Part shown: in pieces, positions 58,008 through 64,000 of the stretch
Position numbering within the stretch: the stretch's first letter is position 1
Layout of the letters: each line of letters starts with the position of its first letter
Source of the DNA: Eledone cirrhosa
Taxonomy: Eukaryota
Direction: 5' to 3'
Length of the DNA: 64,000 nt
NCBI GenBank assembly: GCA_964016885.1
Contig: OZ024742.1
Location: 229,710,001-229,774,000 of the forward strand
Notes under the pieces: model-generated
The model's input: the letters and a program-made list of their open reading frames with translations, nothing else
Told to the model about the DNA's origin: nothing
The model's database searches: none
Made by a program: the position numbers and the translations under genes

Positions 58008-59490
58008 TTAAGGGTTCGATTTGTAGTGCGAAAACTTCTCTTTGAGTATATGGTTACAATAAATTAATCTCCCGATTTTATTGTTGAGTAACCTATTCTT
58101 CGAACTTAAGATGTGGAACAGCTCAAGGTCGCATAATCGACAGCTTCTCATACCACTCCGATATGGGGGTGCGTTCGATATTTTTTCCCACTTCAGGGTG
58201 TATTGATGGTTACTTTCCCTCAGTTGCCAGGTCTTGTTTGCAAGGGTAGTTACATAACGGTGCTGGGAATGTTTCATTGCGTAACGGTCTGTATACCAAC
58301 GAGCTTTAAATGTATTCCCGGTCGCTCCGGTGTAATACCATTTCTGGTTGTCTGATTCCACTGTGCATTGGTAAACCAGGTTAGACTGCATACATTCATT
58401 TTGTAATGGACAGGTTTCAGGTAGGTGGCAGTTACATTTCTTGTCATGGGCAACTTTGGCATTATTTGTGGGCTGCGATGCCTGAACAAGTGTGTTACGT
58501 TTTGTTTGCCTATTAGCGGGTGGTTGTGTATTAGATATTATGTTGTGTTCGGTGGTAATTGTATTGCTATTGTTTTAAATTTGTGTTTTGGTGTTGTTAT
58601 GTATCTTTTTAGCGTTAAGCATCTTAATGTGTGCCTCTATATTTGGTGCCGTGGAGTAAGATAGTCTAATAGATTTAGTGTTAAGGATTTAGCTGTATCT
58701 ATGTAAATCTGGAAAGTGCTTATTTATTATTCTAAAGAAAGTAGAGGGTAGGTTAGTACTAATAGAGGTGTTAAATATGGGGTTATACCAAATATATTTC
58801 CTACTGCGTGACTTGTTTGATTTCGATGTTGTATTTCTATTTGCCATATACTTTGCAGTTCTATGCGTAAATGTGTGTATGCGTGTGTTTCTGGAGTTTG
58901 TGTTATGCGTGTTCGTGTGCGCTTCACGGAGGCTTTCATCTATATATTCTACTCTATCTAAGTGGCCTGCCTTGTCTAATGCGGTATTGTAGTATTCTGC
59001 ATGTTCTTCGAAGATTTGTCGGTTAGACGAGAGGCGGAAGATCCTAAGATATATGCTGCGTGGAATGGATTTAATTATTGATAGTGGGTGGTTTGAGTTA
59101 CAGTTGATGTATGCTAAGTTTTCATTAATCTTGTGAAAAGGTCTTATAAGTCCCGTATTTAGGTTAAGCGTCACATCTAGAAAGTTAACTGTTTTAGTGC
59201 TATACTCATACGTTGTGCTAAGGCCTAGTTTTCCGAGAGTCTTTCTAATGTTCTTACGGAGTCTTTCTATGCTCTGGTTATTTAGGTTCTTAACTAGGAG
59301 AAGGGCGTCGTGTCTGTAGATTCCACCGTGAAGTTCGCTAAACTCACTTTGTAAACTATGGGCTATGTAAATACCTACTAAGTCTGTGATTTGAACCGAG
59401 TCGTTAGCCCCATCGTGATGTCAAAATTATTTAATCTAGCCTTACGTTCCCAATAGGCGTTTTCAAATTTTATTATTGTTTTCCTAGCAG
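58008..59490 (-). pseudogene. Penelope-like element (RT + GIY-YIG), possibly Naiad-like, with stops/frameshifts
   Basis: GANDS..DLVG, GIYRHDAL (degenerate YRDD), VNFLDVTLNL, YINCNSNHP, WYNP.FN, CNCHLPETCPLQNEC, LVYQC..YTGAT..FKARW, CRLCDLE. Confidence 0.92.
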
Positions 59491-59531
59491 CTAATATGAT
59501 TTTTGTGTATGTATGTGTATATATGTGTGTA

Positions 59532-59684
<153 letters not shown>

Positions 59685-59716
59685 AGATCAAAAGATGGTT
59701 AAAGGAGTTCCATATA

Positions 59717-59783
59717 TTTTATTATGCGCATTTCAAAAACAAACATCATCAAGCAATAATATTTGTGTTTTCATCAGATAAAA
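59717..59783 (-). ncRNA. Type I hammerhead ribozyme, canonical core
   Basis: UUUUAU-CUGAUGA-AAAC[12-bp hairpin]UUUU-GAAA-UGCGCA-UA-AUAAAA. Confidence 0.8.
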
Positions 59784-59795
59784 CTCACCTCCTAC

Positions 59796-59922
<127 letters not shown>

Positions 59923-60174
59923 TTTATATTCTTTTAATTTCCCCTCATCTTTAACAGCACTCTTCAACTACATCTAACTCTTATTTATCATATCTATATT
60001 TATTAGTATAATTTTATCAATATAAATATACCCATCAATTAAATTAATTTATATTCTTTTCATGGATGTATTTTTATCACTAACACTCTTATCGTAAAAT
60101 TTTAGTCTCCTTAGATATTTGCATTGGCATAACTATTTTATAACAGCAACTGTTCGTATACCTTTTACTGACCT

Positions 60175-60635
60175 GACCTATTTTCACCCCTAAAATAACC
60201 TTCTCATTCTTCACACTCCATTCAAAACTGAAATCTACATTCTTCTACCCCTAAAATAAACTTCAATTACTACTATTTTACCATTTGGCCAATTATTAAC
60301 TTTCTATTGGTTAATTCTAAACCTGTTACCAAACAGACAGACTATATTAAATCTTTGTTAGTTTTATTCAATGAACAAATATAATTATTTCTGAGGTCAG
60401 CATACGACCTATTTTCATCCCTAAAATAATCTTTCATTCATAATATTCTTTTCCATCCAAAACTGTAATCTACCTTCCTCTACCCATAAATTAAGGTTCT
60501 TTTACTACTATATTACTATCTTGACCTACACTATCTTTCTATTGGTCAATTCAAAACCTGTTCCCAAACAGACCTATTGTATTAAATCATTGTTTTTTTC
60601 AATAAACAAATATCATTATTTTTGAAGACAGCATA
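60175..60635 (+). repeat. Diverged ~232-bp tandem duplication
   Basis: gacctattttca..cctaaaataa..aaaactg..ttctattgg..aaacctgtt..caaacagac..cagcata occurs twice. Confidence 0.8.
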
Positions 60636-61558
60636 TATATGTGTAGGTATGTATATTCCCTCTGATAGTTTGTATAAATATTTTACATAGATCTATAGAA
60701 ATTGCATACCAACACAAACACATATATATCCTAGAAACGATCGTAAAATGATGATTTTTTTTTAATATAAGGAACTGTTTCTTTGTTTATTCATTACTTT
60801 ATTAATTTTATCTTGATTCTGTTTTCCGTTAATTTTCACCGAAAATAGTTTTTGAATGCATCTTCTCTTTTCATGATATCCGAATTACATTGAGTTCTTC
60901 ACACGGATTGGACACTACCGTAAATTTTTGGTAGATTTATCTACATATATATATATATTTATCTCTTTATATCCCCCCCCCCCTCTCTCTCCCTCTCTAT
61001 CCATCCCTCCCACTATGATCAATTTAATTCTCTTTCACTCACTACACTCCATGACATGAAGTCTGCTATCAAAACTGACCAAAGAATCCTTCCACCTCTA
61101 CCCCTCCCTCCATAACAGTTTGTCATTCTACTTCCTACCTCTTCCCCCTTCCTCTCTCTCTCTATACTATTCCGTCTGTCCCCTCACCTCCTGATTCCTC
61201 TCTCTCTATACTAGTAAATACAATTCCAAATAAATGTTTTTCTCTATATATTAAGAATTATTTCAAGAGTAACTTACTATTTATAAAAATTTGGACTGTG
61301 AGCAACAATTATAATTGAGTGGCTGCTATTTGCAGTATAGCAATATAAGGTGGCACTTACCAATGAAACGGTCGTAAATACCTGGATAAAATCCTTCTCT
61401 TAATGCTTACCTGTGTTTTCTCTTTTATACTTTATACTTCAAGATTGAACGGAATTCTTACAAACTTGTGGAGTTACCCCTAACCGTACGTTGAAACCAT
61501 CCATGAAACTGGCTTTCTTAACCAAAAACTGGATCACAATAAGCAATTTTTTGCTTCT

Positions 61559-61678
<120 letters not shown>

Positions 61679-61813
61679 GTTGTTATACTTGGGGAGGGTC
61701 ATATTTGTGTAATATTGCCAGAATTAATAACAGAACACACTCACTGTTTGGTTGGTTTTCACTTCTCGCTGTCTTTTATATCGGTAATCTAACTTACTCG
61801 GTCCTCAATGTTG

Positions 61814-61914
<101 letters not shown>

Positions 61915-62346
61915 TGTACGAATATATACATATGTAGTTTTTGTAAATGGGTATATTGATATTATTTTGATGAAAACAATAAATATTAAACTGGTTAGAA
62001 AAGTACAATCAAATAACTATGATGACCGGATAGTTTTAAGTTTCATTCACTTTTATCTATTTTTCTTGGTAATAATTTTACGTATGATATCTATAATATT
62101 TCAAATTTTTATTTTATTCAAAATATTTTGAAAATTCATAAACTATTATTTTTCATTCTTATGGAAATGTTTATAATAAAAACACTAAAGTTTTTCAGCA
62201 ATATATTGCAGCAGATATATTTACAAGTGAATCAGAAATGCACCATAAATAATATAGCAGACACTAAGTGAACAGGAACATAAATATAAAACTATGGAGA
62301 TAACTTTTTACTTATTGGCAAAATAGTTACATACAGACACACAGAA

Positions 62347-62411
<65 letters not shown>

Positions 62412-62485
62412 AATACATACATACATACACAAATACATACGTATTTACATACATACATGCATACATACACACATAGATACATACA

Positions 62486-63775
62486 TGGTGGCTGCCAACT
62501 CGTTTTCGAGTACGGCCACTACTTTATATCCATGTAGGAGAACCCCTACCGATGTGCTGAACGAGTGTGACTTTTTAGTCCAGCCAGCGACTTGAAAACT
62601 CTGGTACAAACACTACACTTGTGACAATTACTGACACATAGTGCTGGGCCCATGGTACCATGTGATGACCTGTGCAGAGAGATCTTCAGATATAAAGCAA
62701 TGCCTGTGCCGTGAAGCTTTTATAGTGAGCAAAGACACTGCACAAAGCCAGTCACTCTCTCTTAACCAAGATGATATTTACCAAAAAGAAGAACAAGTCA
62801 ACATCATTGGATACCATCAGGGTTGCAGGTGTTATATCAGAGTTTTCCTTCTCCTAGATTTCTGCCTTGACAAAGACTAAGGGGTCATTTCTCCCGGTGA
62901 TTTTGGATGGCCATTGACTCTTAAGAGCTCCTTTGCCCTTTGACAGGTTTTGTTTTTACTCTTGCAGGATGTCCAAAGTCACCCTCCTCACCAAGAAACC
63001 TTGGTGGAGTTGCCAGTTTAGTCGCCAACAATTCGACCATGAGACAGGTTGTACTGGGATACATGTTACCAGTAGCACCAACTGGTGACCTGACATACAT
63101 ACATACATACATACATACATACATACATACATACATACATACATACATACATACATACATACATACATACATGGTGGCTGCCAACTCGTTTTCGAGTACG
63201 GCGACTACATTATATCCATGTAGGAGAACTACCGATGCGCTGAACGAGTGTGACTTTTTAGTCCAGCCAGTGACTTGAAAACTCTAGTACAAACACTACA
63301 CCTGTGACAATTATTGACACATAGTACTGGGCCCATGGTACCATGTGACGACAAGCGCAGAGAGATCTCCAGATACAAAGCAATGCCTGTGCCGTGAAGC
63401 TTTTATAGTGAGCAAAGGCACTGCACAAAGCCAGTCCCACTCTCTTAGCCAAGATGATATTTACTAAAAAGAAGAACAAGTCAACATCATTGGATACCAT
63501 CAGGGTTGCAGGTGTTATATCAGAGTTTTCCTTCTCCTAGAATTCTGCCTTGACAAAGGCTAAGGGGTCATCTCTCCCGGGGATTTTGGATGGCCATTGA
63601 CTCTTAAGAGCTCCTTTTCCCTTTCACGGGTTTTGTTTTTAGTCTTGCAGGATGTCCAAAGTCACTCTCCTCACCAAGAAACCTTGGTGGGGTTGCCAGT
63701 TTAGTCGCCAACGACCCGACCATGAGACAGGTTGTACTAGGATACATGTTACCAGTAACACCAACTGGTGACCTG
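62486..63775 (-). mobile_element. Head-to-tail dimer of a ~605-bp non-coding retroposon (62486-63092, 63172-63775) separated and flanked by (TACA)n
   Basis: Near-identical units. Other copies: 23680-24087, 49231-49800, 56563-57162 (opposite strand); diverged 34313-34746, 40088-40535, 52765-53275. Orientation inferred from an RTE-5'UTR-like tctaggagaaggaaaactctga motif and a terminal hairpin plus (ATGT)n tail. Confidence 0.85.
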
Positions 63776-64000
63776 ATATACATACATACATACATACATA
63801 CATACATACATACATACATACATACATACATACATACATACATACATGCATACATACATACATATAAATATATACATACATGCATTCATACATACATAAT
63901 GGGAGCCCCGTAGTTATCGTGTATGGCCATTACACGATATACCATTATTAATAATTATTAATTAATTATAACGTGCAATGGCTGTGCGTGAAGATATTTT

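Noticed and set aside
61325-61382. Possible hammerhead in the 490-bp pseudo-LTR
   Set aside because: GAAACGGUC and a possible stem I are present, but neither copy has a recognisable CUGANGA core.

Overview
AT-rich, microsatellite-saturated animal genomic DNA with no host gene I can confidently call. The repeat landscape suggests an octopus/coleoid genome (inference only). Almost all short ORFs in the track are (TA)n/(CA)n/(TACA)n artefacts. The real content is mobile DNA: (1) one apparently intact 4.0-kb R4/Dong-type non-LTR retrotransposon (1169-aa RT plus restriction-like endonuclease) in a (TACA)n tract, directly downstream of a decayed relative; (2) three decayed Penelope-like elements (RT/GIY-YIG); (3) CRE-type and RTE fragments, a mariner fossil and many tRNA-derived SINEs with TSDs; (4) a ~600-bp non-coding retroposon tied to (TATG)n, 8 copies. 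The most striking signal, invisible in the ORF track, is about 18 hand-foldable type I hammerhead ribozyme (HHR) or HHR-like motifs from about 12 sequence families. They sit in short non-coding elements embedded in (TA)n, with terminal direct repeats (retrozyme-like) or fold-back inverted repeats, and several carry recurrent non-canonical cores (CAGAAGA, UUGAAAA, CCGUUGA/CAGUCGA). All folds were done by eye and none is experimentally verified.
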